A stretch of DNA of 64,000 bases from assembly GCA_010093605.1 (NCBI GenBank), contig MU004193.1:937520-1001519 (forward strand). The letters are read 5' to 3'. A program made the translations under genes and the position numbers. Within the stretch, counting starts at the first letter, position 1; every line of letters starts with the position of its first letter. Shown here piece by piece: positions 1 to 11,441 of the stretch. A model generated the notes under the pieces. That model searched no databases, was not told the DNA's origin, and saw nothing but the letters and a program-made list of their open reading frames with translations. This DNA comes from Lophium mytilinum. Taxonomy: Eukaryota.

Positions 1-78
1 TCTCACCACTCTCACCACTTCTTCCACCCAAAGCGACCACTTCACGTACCCTCCAGCATCCCAATTGACACCGCAACC

Positions 79-874
79 ATGGGCAAAGTCAGTCTCCCCT
101 CCAATTCCCTCCGAATGCCCCGCTGACCCCGCTCAGATCACCACCATCCTCTTCGACTGCGACAACACGCTCGTCCTGTCCGAAGAGCTCGCCTTCGAAG
201 CCTGTGCCGAGCTCGCCAACGAGATCCTCGAGTCCAAGGGCGAGACCGACCGCTACACTGGCCCCTCACTCCTCAAGGACTTCGTCGGCCAGAACTTCCG
301 CGGCATGATGACGTCTCTGTGCAAGAAATACAACTTCACTCTCACCGACTCGGAATTCGACGCCTACGTCGACCGTGAGCTGGGCAAGGTCATCGAAACA
401 CTCGAGAAGAAGGCCCAGCCGTGCCCCGGTGTCGTGAGCGAGCTCGACGCCCTCTTCGCAAAGAAGCACTACCTGCTCGCTGTCGTCTCGTCGTCGGCCC
501 TCAGCCGAGTCGTCGCCAGCATCAAGAAGACGGGTCTGGACAAGTACTTCAAGGACAACCACGTCTACAGCGCTGCCACCTCGCTACCCAAGCCAACTTC
601 CAAGCCCGACCCGGCCATCTACATCCACGCCTGCAAGGACCTGGGCGTCACCACCGCCGAATGTGTCGCAGTCGAGGACAGCCGCTCGGGTGCCACGGCT
701 GCCAAGAGGGCGGAGATCCCGCTGATCGGCTACGTTGGCCCGTACGAAGCAGAGGAGCAGCAGACCATGTACGACATGCTCAAGAACGAGTGCGGCGCCA
801 TCTACGTCATGCGTCACTGGGAGGAATTCCCCAAGGCCCTCGAGGCGGTCGAGGCGGCTGTGGCGAAGCTATAG
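79..874 (+). CDS. HAD-superfamily (subfamily IA) hydrolase/phosphatase; 2 exons (79-87, 137-874)
   Basis: ATG GGC AAA, then a GTCAGT...CTGAC...CTCAG intron (88-136) joining in frame to ITTILFDCDNTL (motif I DxD). Also SSS (motif II), KPDP and EDSRSG (motifs III/IV). Confidence 0.9.
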
Positions 875-1590
875 ATTGCTGGACTCTGACATCGGCATCG
901 GCATCAGCATCGGGAGCACTGACTAGAGCGTTTGTTGCAGCATGCGAGCTTGCGTTTCAAAGACTTGTGGTATGTTAGACGACCTGGCATGATTTATGGA
1001 CACAGTCCCGGCATCATCATCAACGAACATAGACGTAGCGAATCGATTCCATGCGCACACTGTTGTCTCTATCAAAACGCCGAAATCTTTTTTTGGCAGG
1101 TGAAACTTTTAAAAGCTAATGCATTGCTGGTGATCGTCGAGCCAGGCTACCTAGGATGTATTCTTCGTCTCCACTGTGGGTACCGACCTAACCATAAATC
1201 CCGAACAGTCGATCCCCACCGTCCAGTGGTACTCCTTTTTCAGTACCGTCCTATTATTATACCATACAACAGGTACCTAGGTAGTATCATATCCACATTC
1301 TTAATTTTCACGTTCCCCTATCTTACGCTGCTTTACGATGATTCAGTCTCTTTCATTCCCATGGATTTCACTTGAACTCCAACCACTAGTATCACATCCA
1401 TATCCCCCGTGATCGCATTACCCACCATCAAAATCGATTGCCTTAACGGTTCCATGGCTCGAATATCCGATCCTCAACCCTGGCACTCTCGTGCACTGAA
1501 TATTTTCTCTCCTACTCGAACCATAAATTCTCATCTGTCTTCTTCCTTTCTCAAATCCTGCTGCCACAGCTGCCCGAAATCTACACAGAG

Positions 1591-2820
1591 ATGGAAAACG
1601 TGATAACCAGCATAGCAGCTTTGAATAGAAAGTTAAACCGCCCCTACGACTCGCTAGGTCGCTCGGTCCCCTCGATTCCGGTACGTAAGCCCCCAACACA
1701 GATAAAAAATTTCCCAGCGATATGTCTGGTTGAAAGAATACTCAGGGAGTTATTCCAAGACAACCACTGCTACGCCACTACTTAGGGTACCCCCACAGGT
1801 CTTGAAGAGCCGAGGGCGATGTCGAACTTCAAGCAATGCAGATTAGACTGCCGCTTGACTAACTGCCTGCTCAGCAGCCAGGCTACCCCCAACAGTGGTG
1901 TTGAGTGGGCAAATTGGACAGTGGTGTCTTGGAATTCCCTGAAGGAGCGTCTCACGCGGCTTAACCTGTTATTAATATCGGTTTTCTTACTCTGGCTTTG
2001 AAAGATTTGCTGACTTTATTGCTGCCTTTAGATACCCCAGCCCCACCAGCAAAAGCCCACCACCAGCGTAACTAGCGTTTTGACCCAAGCGCGCAAGAAA
2101 GTCGCAGCGGCGTCAAAAAAACTAGTAGGCGACAAGAAGGGCAGCGAGTGGGTCGAGAAAGCGCGGCTGTCGTACACCGAGGACTCGGGGTCTGGAAACA
2201 CTGCAAGCAGACGGGAGAAGAGGAGGCAATCGTACGAGTGGGACGTGGACAGTGTCGATAGCATGGATGAATGGGCTGGAGAGGGTGATGGCGTTGTGGT
2301 CATCGCGCCGACGCTTGAAGAGGAGGATGGGGGGTGGGAGGAGGTCCCCACCGAGGTCCCCACCCACCGAGAAAGGGAGAAGAAGAGCCGGCGTGATGGG
2401 TTTGAGAGGGAGAGTGTGTATGGGGGTGGAGAAACGGAGAACAAGAGCCAGCGTGATGGGTTCGAGAGCGAGAGTGTGTATGGGGGTAGCGAGCGAGATG
2501 AGTTGCCGGAGAGGCTGAAGGAGCGCAGTAAGAAGAGCAAGCTAGATGGGCGGCCCGGTACCGCAACTACCTGGCGCAAAGGCCTACGAGAGGATATGCA
2601 TAGCGGCAATGAAGGCGACCGCGAACACCCCGCTGGCAAGGCGAAGGACGCTGCTAAACCGGCAACCGACATCGTCTCTTCGCGACCCGCGATGCCGGGC
2701 GCGTTTCCGGAAGATTCCTCAGCTCCCGCTCGCTCCGAGGTAGATTTCAAGCGGTCGCGTGCGCCGGGACGGGTGTGGACGGTCACGAAGGGGGTTGGAG
2801 AGATGAAACTGGAGAAATAG
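1591..2820 (+). CDS. Hypothetical charged/disordered protein; exons 1591-1680 and 2032-2820, intron contains a MITE
   Basis: Donor GTACGT at 1681 and CTGAC...TTTAG acceptor at 2031 join a 30-codon exon in frame with the 2080-2820 ORF. Low-complexity E/K/R/S-rich sequence. More upstream exons are possible. Confidence 0.5.
1743..1941. mobile_element. Non-autonomous TIR element (MITE, ~200 bp) inside the intron
   Basis: Left end CAGGGAGTTATTCCAAGACAACCACTG and right end CAGTGGTGTCTTGGAATTCCCTG are imperfect reverse complements. No clean TSD seen. Confidence 0.65.
2381..2490 (+). repeat. Coding tandem duplication, 60-bp unit x ~2 (KSRRDGFERESVYGG / KSQRDGFESESVYGG)
   Basis: Direct repeat at 60-nt period, visible in DNA and protein. 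Confidence 0.85.
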
Positions 2821-2930
2821 GTGATGCTAGTGGTTTCGCTTCGTGGGTGCTCCGGGGACTCTTTCGTTATGTAAGAAAGGGGGGTTTTGGCAGTTAATGC
2901 GGTGTCCCGAAATTTTGCCTGGTGCATGTA

Positions 2931-3446
2931 CAGTCCTAGGCTACAAGTCTGGGCACACTCGGCTCCAACTTGCCCACTCAACACTACTGTTGGGGGTAGC
3001 CTGGTTGCTGCTCAGCTAGTTAGTCAAGACAGAGTCTGATATGTACTGCTTGAACCTTGATATCGATGATACTGGACCATAAGTTCGGGCATCTAAAACT
3101 ATTTCTGGTTCACTTTAAATTTACTTGCTTAATACTACTGTTAGGAGCAGCCTAGTTGCTGCATAGCTAGTCAGTCAAGGTAAAGTCTAATATATACTGC
3201 TTAAAACTCAACATCGCCCTTGCATCTTTAATTTCTTATAACCCACGAATCGGTCACTACTAAGCCCTTATATTGCTCATCCAAGACCACTGTAGGGAGT
3301 ACCCTGGCTGCTAAGTAGCCTTTTAATCAAGAGGCTGTCTAATCTGCACTGCTTGCAGCTTAACATCACCCTTGAGCCCTCCAAGCCCTGCGGGGGTACC
3401 CCGAGCAGTGGCATAATAATGTGCCCAGACTTGTGGCCTGTCACTG
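2931..3446. mobile_element. Tc1/mariner-type MITE (516 bp) with three internal ~150-bp tandem modules
   Basis: 26-bp TIRs, CAGTCCTAGGCTACAAGTCTGGGCAC vs revcomp CAGTGACAGGCCACAAGTCTGGGCAC (22/26), flanked by TA on both sides (2929-2930, 3447-3448). Modules start at about 2964, 3131 and 3283. Confidence 0.85.
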
Positions 3447-3854
3447 TACTAGATGGTGTTTTGGGTGTTTTTTAGGCTTTTTGATAGCTAGGTTTTATTG
3501 GTTAGAGGTTTGAGATTCTTGCGGATAGGTTTAAGGGTAGACTCGTGTAGGCAAGGGTAAGGAGCAAGGGTCTGTGCTAGGATACTACTAGGTAGATTGT
3601 GATGATAGTTGATGCTATCTGTGATGGGCAGACTTCTTTGATGTTAGAAGGTACTGATCCCAAAGTCTGAAAAAGACGTCCCATCTTGTGAAGCGTGATG
3701 TCGCTGATCGATCCAAACGCCGTCGCTAATGCAGCAAAACCCATGCGCCAAAAATGAACGAAGATGCCGCACACCCACGCCAATTTTTACCCAAGCCCCC
3801 AGAAAAGAAAGAATCATGCCACATAACGACGGAACAAGTCCCGTGGGATTCCGC

Positions 3855-4946
3855 TCAGAGGCCCCCTCCAAAGCACACCGCCACAACCATCGCAACAACC
3901 ACCGCCCCCACACTCCCCCTCCCACCAGCCCTCACACCCCAATTCCCCGAATCCTCCACCTTCGCCGTCGACACCACCATCCTCCCCACCGCATCCGTAA
4001 CCCCATTCGCCTTATCCACGCTCGAAATCGCCGGGCCCACATTAAAGAAGTCGACCAGCACAAACGTCGGCTCGCTGCCATACAGCTTATCGCAAACCTC
4101 CATCTGCGCGCCCAAGCTGCCTGTCCCCGTCTGCGCATTCGTGACATTCGCGGCGTCTTCGTTGGGCGTCTCGATGCCGAACAGCTCGCTCGAGTCTAGG
4201 AAGTGGTTCATGAGGAACATGCGGCCGGAGTCGATGGCCTCGGAGGGCTGGTTCTCGACCGAGGAGGGGCGGTTGGGTTGGCAGTTTGTGAAGTTGGAGG
4301 GGGAGGTGTTTTCGAAGGCGGATTCGAAGACGAAGGTGAATTCGTCCATGAGGTAGGGGTAGGCGGTGTCCGGGGTTAGGCTGGCGACGAAGGTGATTAA
4401 TCGAGTGTTGTTGGAGATCAGGCTCTCGAGTGTCGGCCAGGTGGTTGGGGGCGTGGAGCTGGAGGCGGGCGTGTAGGCGTAGTCTGAGATGCCGGAGTCT
4501 TTGAAGGAGGGGCCGAGGTCTGAGGCGGATGCGTCGTCGGAATTCACGAGTAAGACGGTCACGACGTCGTTTTTGTTGGCGTCGAGCCAGGTTTTGATGC
4601 TGCTGAGCCAGGATTCTAGCGTCCCGGCGTCGAGTAGCGAGCAGCTGCTGTGGCAGAGATGCCATTCTGCGTCGCCGGAGGTGGAGTTTGACTTGTGGAC
4701 CTGGGCGGTTAAGAGGCGCACGCCAGCATCGAGCTGAACGGTGCTGTTGTAGTACTGGTTACCGCTCTCGGAGAAGTCGGTGGACTGGTCGCGTAAGAAA
4801 GGCGAGTCGTGGGCACCGAGGTGAGTGATGTTGTTGTAGGGTTTTGAGCAGAGGGAGGGCGAGTTGTTGCAAGCTGTTTCCGCGGATGCTAGTGAGGATA
4901 GGAGTGGTAATAGAGCAATGCCCGAGAGGAACGATGTGTAGAGCAT
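3855..4946 (-). CDS. Secreted, probably GPI-anchored PLC-like phosphodiesterase (PI-PLC X-domain-like)
   Basis: Signal peptide; motifs CNNSPSLC, GAHDSPF, QLDAGVRLL, LCHSSC, LMNHFL, PTFVLVDFF; hydrophobic C-terminal tail. Confidence 0.9.
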   Translation of the reverse strand: MLYTSFLSGIALLPLLSSLASAETACNNSPSLCSKPYNNITHLGAHDSPFLRDQSTDFSESGNQYYNSTVQLDAGVRLLTAQVHKSNSTSGDAEWHLCHSSCSLLDAGTLESWLSSIKTWLDANKNDVVTVLLVNSDDASASDLGPSFKDSGISDYAYTPASSSTPPTTWPTLESLISNNTRLITFVASLTPDTAYPYLMDEFTFVFESAFENTSPSNFTNCQPNRPSSVENQPSEAIDSGRMFLMNHFLDSSELFGIETPNEDAANVTNAQTGTGSLGAQMEVCDKLYGSEPTFVLVDFFNVGPAISSVDKANGVTDAVGRMVVSTAKVEDSGNWGVRAGGRGSVGAVVVAMVVAVCFGGGL

Positions 4947-5801
4947 TGTGGCGATTTGTGGAAGTCCACCGGCGAAAGATATGAAGCTTAGATATTCTAG
5001 CGAACGATGGATCTCTTATGAATAACACAAGACAGTAAGAACAGTGGAGCGATGGTGATCTCGATTTCCGTCAGCTGGGGTAGAGTGAGACTGACGCCAG
5101 CACCTGAACGAAGGATGGATGATGACCGAGGTGATGAGACAGAAGCAGATGGCGATTCTTCAGACGAAAGAAAGTGAGAAGAAAACGAAATGGCAGACAG
5201 CGCGGCGCTTCTTGTAAGTAGGAAATAATAAAGTAAGAGCACAGCCGTACCTGCGGCGCGCGTATTATGTACTGACGCGGCGGCGAGTGGAATGGTTTGA
5301 GCAGAGAGGCGTAGGAAAGTGTGGAGCAAAGGCCTTCTCAGCGCTCTGCACAGCCCCGGCCGCGCCAGCCCAAGACGTCGTCCGTGTCAGTATTCGTCAG
5401 CCCGGCTCCACACAAAGGCACTCCCGGGCTGTCGCAGCGAAGGCTGTTTGGGATGCGAAACGCGGTGGGGTGTGATGTGTTTGCCGCAGTGTGTGTATTA
5501 ATAGCACCTGCAAGAAAGAGCCTTCTCCCACAGAAACCACCGAAAGAGCCACACGATGATCTCACGATCGCCGGGCCGTGCGACAGGAACAACAAGGGAT
5601 GTGCTGGGGTTGTCTTGACGACGCCACCATCCAATACTGCCTTTGAAGCTCAACCTCCAAGCGTCTTGAACTGCACGCCTCAACCTCAGCTCTACCCCAA
5701 ATCCTCCCCTCCACAAGGCCACCAGACCTCCCGTGCTTACCTACCACAAACCGCCCAACACGAGCACCTCTTCGTTCCACGACTACACAGCCATCATCTC
5801 A

Positions 5802-6425
5802 ATGGCCGACACCCAACCACCACCCCCCTCCACAACTCCTCCGACCTCAACTTCCGCCCAGACCTCAGCCTTCGCCCTCCGCTCCCCAGGCTCCACCACC
5901 TCCCCTCTCAACCCGCCCACCCCCGACTTCCTCACCGGCACATGGCACGTTACCCACTCCACCCTCCCCATGTGGCGCAACGCCCGCAACGTCCGCATAA
6001 CCTACAAACCGCTCTCCCCCACCACCTCCGCGACCGACTTCCCTCCCCTCGACGACCTGGTCACTTACAACCCGCTGAAGGGGGAGAAGGACAAGAGCGT
6101 GCGGGGCGTCGACAAAGTCGATGCGAGCAGCGGGGGCTGGGCGTACAACTGGCGAGGGCGCGGGTGGCTGGTCATCGCGTCGAGTCGGTGGGAGGTGTTG
6201 GGGTATGGGAAAGAGGACGCCGGGGATAATGATTGGGTGGTGACGTTTTTCGCGAAGACGCTGTTTACGCCGGCCGGGTTGGATTTGTATTCGAGGAGTG
6301 GGGAGGGGTTGGGGGAGGCTACAGTGGCGGGAATTAGGAAGAGCTTGGAGGGGGTGGAGGATGAGGTTGTGAGGAAGTTGGCCGAGGAGATTTTTGTGGT
6401 GAAGATTGGGGAGGCCGAGAAGTAG
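5802..6425 (+). CDS. Conserved fungal hypothetical protein, lipocalin/calycin-like
   Basis: FLTGTWHVTHSTLPMW (GxW), WRGRGWLVIASSRWEVLG and FAKTLFTPAGLDLYSR. First ATG at 5802. Confidence 0.75.
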   Translation: MADTQPPPPSTTPPTSTSAQTSAFALRSPGSTTSPLNPPTPDFLTGTWHVTHSTLPMWRNARNVRITYKPLSPTTSATDFPPLDDLVTYNPLKGEKDKSVRGVDKVDASSGGWAYNWRGRGWLVIASSRWEVLGYGKEDAGDNDWVVTFFAKTLFTPAGLDLYSRSGEGLGEATVAGIRKSLEGVEDEVVRKLAEEIFVVKIGEAEK

Positions 6426-7669
6426 GGGAAATGGAGGGGTGGTTTGGGGAGTTTGTGTATATTTGAGGGGAGATTGGACGCGAGAGGGCGCTTTGAATGG
6501 CCTCGAGAAGGGTGGTGGTAATGTGCAAAGAGTTGGATATACCCCGGGAGAGACTTCATACGTCACGTACATACATAAAGACGCACCTAACTTTTAATAC
6601 AAATAGCAGAATACCGTCAATATCACCAAGCATGCTCCCGAACTTGCCTTCCAGGATTATACGAGATCTCGAAATTCTACCTGACAGAGCGAGTGATTTG
6701 TCTATTCGTTAGTCCTACTATACGTCCGTCTAGAGCTCTTCTCGTGAAAATAGAATACAGGCAGGCTTTGGTAGTAAATAGTAAGAGGTAGCAGAAGAGT
6801 CTCTCTCTTTTCCTGCGAAATGACTGCTGAAAGGATAGTTGTGTAGGTACCTTTTATTCCGCTAGAGTGCTTGCTTATTATGCTGGGACGAAGAGTGGGT
6901 GTCACGGCGCCGTAGATTAGAATGCCAGGAGCTGCAAAGTGCTAAACCTCTCTTAGAGAACTGTAGATCTACTTACTACTCCCTCCAACCTTAGTTGAGG
7001 CTCAGCCTTGCCCGGGAGGCCTTACATGTACCTATTAATAGACATATTTTCCGTTGCGCTTGCCTCCTTCCGGCATAGTGGGAACGTCACGCGTTGTTTC
7101 AACTCAGATCAGACCAGACCAGAGCTTTTCAAGCATCGCCCAATATTCTCACCTAGTGTTGTTTCAACGTCGTTTTACTGGATAACTACACAAACGGGAA
7201 CACGGTTAACGGTGCGTCTCTACCAGCGCACTGAAGGCAATCCTTGCCCACTAGCCGTGACTGCCGAAAAAGACTTCACTACTTCTACCTACTCGAGGCT
7301 CGCAATGCGCCTTCTAAGCCACGATCAATATCATAGCAACGATGAAGCTCTCTACAGCATTGAACAGGGATACAATGACGTCTTAGTGATAAGCTGCTTA
7401 AGATAAAGTGGTTGTCCGTCGAGGCTCCACATCGGATAACGACTCCTGATCCTCGCGCATCATCCTATCAACGGAGTCTTGCGCCATCACGATCAAATTC
7501 GCAATGTGAATCAGGTGCGCTTGACGTGCGGGCTTCGCCAAAGCCCATACATACAGCATATTGACACGTCCGGCGAACTAGCGCGGATTTGAAGCCGTAG
7601 GTAGAATAGGTGGCTTTGGAACCGAGGAAGCCTCTTTTCGGACAAATGATTACCAAGGGTGAGCTGAGT

Positions 7670-8500
7670 CGGTACCTGGAAAGTCTTGTTGAGGATAACT
7701 TGAAGTTCCTTCCAAGGGGAATCAAGCGTGTGACGGAGAAGGGTATCGAAGATGACACCGGTACCTTCCGGGAGGTTGACGCGATTATATGTGCAACTGG
7801 TTTCGATACGTAAGTGATCGATACCACTATCTGCCTCTTGGGTCGTAGATTGACCCGAAAGCAGTTCACTGAGGCACGTTGAAAACCCGATTTACGGTCA
7901 AAACAGTGTATCGCTAGACAAGCTATGGGAGTCGGAGCCAGGCGCATATATGTCGATCTGTCTACCGAAGATGCCGAATCACTTCTTGTTCCTAGGTCCC
8001 AACGGAACCGCTGGAGCCGCTCAACCATCCACATGAGTGAATGCGCGTGCGAATACATGATCGAATGTATTCAGAAGCTACAATGGGAGAACTTGAGATG
8101 GATGATACCAAAGTAAGCCCAACACCAGTATGGCCCTGTCAGCAAAGCTAACGAGAGTCAAGAGACGCAGTTGTCCGAGCGTTCATAAAGCAGGTTGACC
8201 GCTACTTCGCGAAAACAACTTTCTCTTTCACTGTACGTTATGCCCTCACGTCATTCATGGCAATTCGCTAACCTCTCTCGATCTACAGTGCGATCAATGG
8301 GCCAAGAGAACCCCGAACGGGAGAGTTCTAGGATACTGGCCGGGTGGTGCGGTGCATCAACGAGCGACGTTGGATACGCCCCGGTTCGAAGACTTCGAGC
8401 ACTCGTCTTTCGATGAAGACGAGGATGACTGCCTCGCTTGGATGGGGAACGGGATGATAGTAGCCCAGGAAAAGGATACGTCTACAACTGCTACCTCGAC
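7670..8500 (+). pseudogene. Baeyer-Villiger/FMO-type flavin monooxygenase remnant (C-terminal half only)
   Basis: Fragments YLESLVEDN..DAIICATGFDT, MPNHFLFLGPNG, YMIECIQKLQ, YFAKTTF, YWPG..TPRFEDFE and LAWMGNG lie in shifting frames. Introns at about 7810, 8112 and 8233. N-terminal FAD-binding half absent. Confidence 0.8.
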
Positions 8501-9336
8501 ACGGTTGATGTTCCTCCTCTGTCTAGGAAGGAAGAAGCGGGGGCGCTGGTGCCGAATTGAGAGGGTATCGACTTTCTGCAAAGTAGACTCCATCAGAAAT
8601 TGAGTCGCAATTTAGAAGAAATGGTGTAAGGATGATCCGAGCTCCTTTCTGTCTTAACCGTGCTATTATCTCTCACCTTCCAACTCACTTCCACACGGTA
8701 GGAGTGCCATCGCAGAGTAGACAACCAGAGACGATTTTTATATGTACTATTTCCGGACCTGCGATGCTCGAAGACTCCCGCGACTAATGCTCAATCCAGG
8801 CTATCAAATCTGCGCCATCTAGGAGATTTCGAAGACATGGATTCATGAAGATGCTAATGAATGTGTAAGTACACAGCAGACTTACAACTCTAATAACTTG
8901 GTGAACGTTTTAATCTGAACCCAAAATTGGAAGTTAGCTTGCCACAAACGATCGACTCGGAAGCTTGCTATTCGCTACATCCCACGTTCCACGTTATCCA
9001 ACGTCGATAGCTGTAGCAGTCTTCAAGCGATAAACGCTCGGAAACTTGTCCGAACATGAAGTAGAATCTCGAGTCAACGAGGAACCTAATCTCCGCCATT
9101 CCTAGCGCTCTCGTGAAAACAACAGTTCAAGATCTCCATGGACGTTCAGTGCAAATGGCTCCCCTTGCACAAGTATATCTAATAAAAGACCTCTTTCGAA
9201 CGATGATCCAATGCATCTATTTTTACAGACTCCTCACCACGCAAATCTCGTCCGCTGAGGCTGACATTGGCGGTATCTGGGCGCGTTGGCATTCCTTGGA
9301 AAATGCTTGGGAAGCTGAGTGGCGTTCCCCTGCCAA

Positions 9337-9557
9337 GAGCGTGGTTAGTAAATCGTTCAATCCTCAATCGGATTGATGGTCGGTTTGTTGAACCACACTC
9401 TTAACAGTTTAATCAATTAATACAACCCTCTGTTTATCCTCAATCCATTGAATCCGCACTGTTATGCGGCCAACCCAATCCAATCCCTATCTTAGTCCGG
9501 TTAGTCTGATCCAATCTTATAGCAAGTAATCAATCGGACGATTTACTAACCATGCTG
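9337..9557. mobile_element. hAT-type MITE (221 bp) with 8-bp TSD
   Basis: TIR AGCGTGGTTAGTAAATCGTTCAAT vs revcomp AGCATGGTTAGTAAATCGTCCGAT. Perfect TSD CCTGCCAA at 9329-9336 and 9558-9565. Internal CAATC/AATCC subterminal repeats. Confidence 0.9.
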
Positions 9558-9998
9558 CCTGCCAAGCTTACACAATCACGAGCATCTCTTTACATTGCGT
9601 CTACCATCACCCGACCACCTGCAAATCAACGTCTTAGGCTTATACCAAGCACTAACGGTCCCTCGCGCCAAACCCATTTAGAGCGCCTAGGAGCGGATCG
9701 CATAAATCGATCCCGTGCACTACTAACGAGTCTCTGCAAATATCGTTGAAGTATTTTTGATATGGTTGATTCAGCAAGATCTTACCATCCTGACCATGCA
9801 GAACTTACGGCCGTTAGAATAACCTATCCGTAGCCTTCGATGATTATCCTTTTATAGTATCCTATTGCACATAAAGCCTTCAATACACCCCGTGAAGACT
9901 CACCAAATCACCTCATTCTCACCACTCTCACCCACAAATCCCCTTCAACAACACCACCCCATCCACTCGCCCCCTTTCATCAAAACCCACCACCAAAA

Positions 9999-10487
9999 AT
10001 GCGCTTCCACCACCTCACCCTCCCCGCAGCCCTCACCGCCCTCACCCTCGCCACCAGCGCTTACGCCAACGGCTTCCACATCGTGACGCGCTACATGCGC
10101 CTGCACGAAACCGACATCTGCGAGGGCGAGGACTGCCACCCCTCCACGTACGAGATCGAGCGCACCATCGGCGCGGTGCCCTCAAACCGCTACGACTGCG
10201 GCGGCTTCATGGACGAGCACAACTACGGCACGCAGCCGTACGACGACGCGCCCGACTTCGACCACCACGAGTACCGCGGCATCTGCGAGCTCGATGGGGG
10301 GTGGATGGTGTCGTATGTTAAGGACGGCGGGCAGAGCCTCGAGGTGTGGGAGAGCGGGGGCGGGAATCGGTTTATGGGGAAGTGTTATAGGCAGGCGGAT
10401 TATCCGGATGTGGAGTGTGGGTGTGGCGCGGGGTGTGGGGGGCCGGCGGAGATTAAGGATTTTTGGGTTTGTCCGTTTATGTGTTAG
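9999..10487 (+). CDS. Small secreted cysteine-rich protein (effector candidate), 162 aa
   Basis: Signal peptide ending in ...SAYA, 10 Cys, single exon, strong codon bias. Confidence 0.85.
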   Translation: MRFHHLTLPAALTALTLATSAYANGFHIVTRYMRLHETDICEGEDCHPSTYEIERTIGAVPSNRYDCGGFMDEHNYGTQPYDDAPDFDHHEYRGICELDGGWMVSYVKDGGQSLEVWESGGGNRFMGKCYRQADYPDVECGCGAGCGGPAEIKDFWVCPFMC

Positions 10488-10504
10488 GGGGTGCGTGTGG
10501 GAGA

Positions 10505-10566
10505 GGTTTGTGTTTGGAGATTGGTTTGTGTTTAGAGATTGGTTTGTGTTTAGAGATTGGTTTGTG
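10505..10566 (+). repeat. 18-bp minisatellite GGTTTGTGTTT(G/A)GAGATT x3.4 in the 3' UTR region
   Basis: Directly visible tandem repeat. Confidence 0.9.
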
Positions 10567-10733
10567 GATGTGGGAGGGGGCTGTTTTGGAGGGTATGATG
10601 TGGACGCGGTAGCAACTGGATGATGGCTCGATAGAGGGTAAATGGGGAATGAGTTGAACAATTTGAGTTTGGAAAGCTTTCATTGAAGCCTGACTAGAAC
10701 ATTGGGCTGCTTGAATATTCTGTTACTCGTTTC

Positions 10734-11441
10734 TTAGAACTGCACTTGTCTACCCTGCTGGCGCTCCCGATTCTCCTCCATCATCTGACGTTCCTCCAAA
10801 TCCGAATGGTTTTCCGCCCGCTGTTTCTTGTGATGATCACGTACCTCATGGAAGGCAGCCGTGATAGCGTGGAGTATACTAATTCAGTGTCAGTTAACTC
10901 TGCCTAAGAATAGAACAGGATTCTATACATACGTGCTAATAATGGCCAACACAAACGTCCCCCACGGCAAGTTACACATCTCATCCTTCGTATTCGTCGT
11001 GTTGCCAGTCGCAATCGCACTCGCACCCTTTGACTGCTTATTCGTGTAGCACTGCCTCGGCCCCGCCGGTCCCCCGTTCGGCCTCGTTAACACCGAAACA
11101 GCGATGAAGGCGCCCACGAACGCGAGGTCGAGCAAGACCCACAGCCAGCGCAGCCACTTCGGCCCGCCGCCGCGGAGCAGCAGCGTCATGATCATGGCGA
11201 CGAGTGTGTAGAGGACGGCGGCGGCGAGGATGCCCTCGACAGCGCCGTCGGAGCCGGAGATGCCACGCTGGGTCTTGATGCGATTGACGAGGCGGTAGAT
11301 TTTGTAGACTTTGGAGGAGAAGAGACCGAGGGAGATGACGGCGGATAGGAATTGGAGGACGCGGGTGAGGCGGAGAAACCAGCGGTAGAGGGCTGTGTGT
11401 TTGAGCTTCTCGGGCACCCAGCGGGTGAGGAGGCCGGTCAT
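10734..11441 (-). CDS. MARVEL-like multi-pass membrane protein; 2 exons (intron 10879-10932)
   Basis: ATG at 11441; hydrophobic segments RVLQFLSAVISLGLF, LAAAVLYTLVAMI, LDLAFVGAFIAVSVL. A GTATGT..CTGAC..TAG intron restores the frame to a TAA at 10734. Confidence 0.75.

Noticed and set aside
1760..3065. Pack-type transposon: inverted ~150-bp repeats flanking the 2080-2820 ORF as if they were TIRs around a captured gene
   Set aside because: Each repeat lies inside its own small TIR element, and the ORF splices to an exon outside the left repeat.
2964..3420. tRNA or tRNA-derived SINE reading of the module (GGGGGTAGCCTGG.. and GTTCGA-like boxes)
   Set aside because: No convincing cloverleaf, and the GTTCGA box is not conserved among copies.
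2028..6572. Long antisense or overlapping ORFs (2028-2984 -, 3754-4356 +, 5321-6229 +, 5865-6572 -)
   Set aside because: Shadow ORFs caused by GC-rich, codon-biased genes on the other strand or frame; no recognisable motifs.
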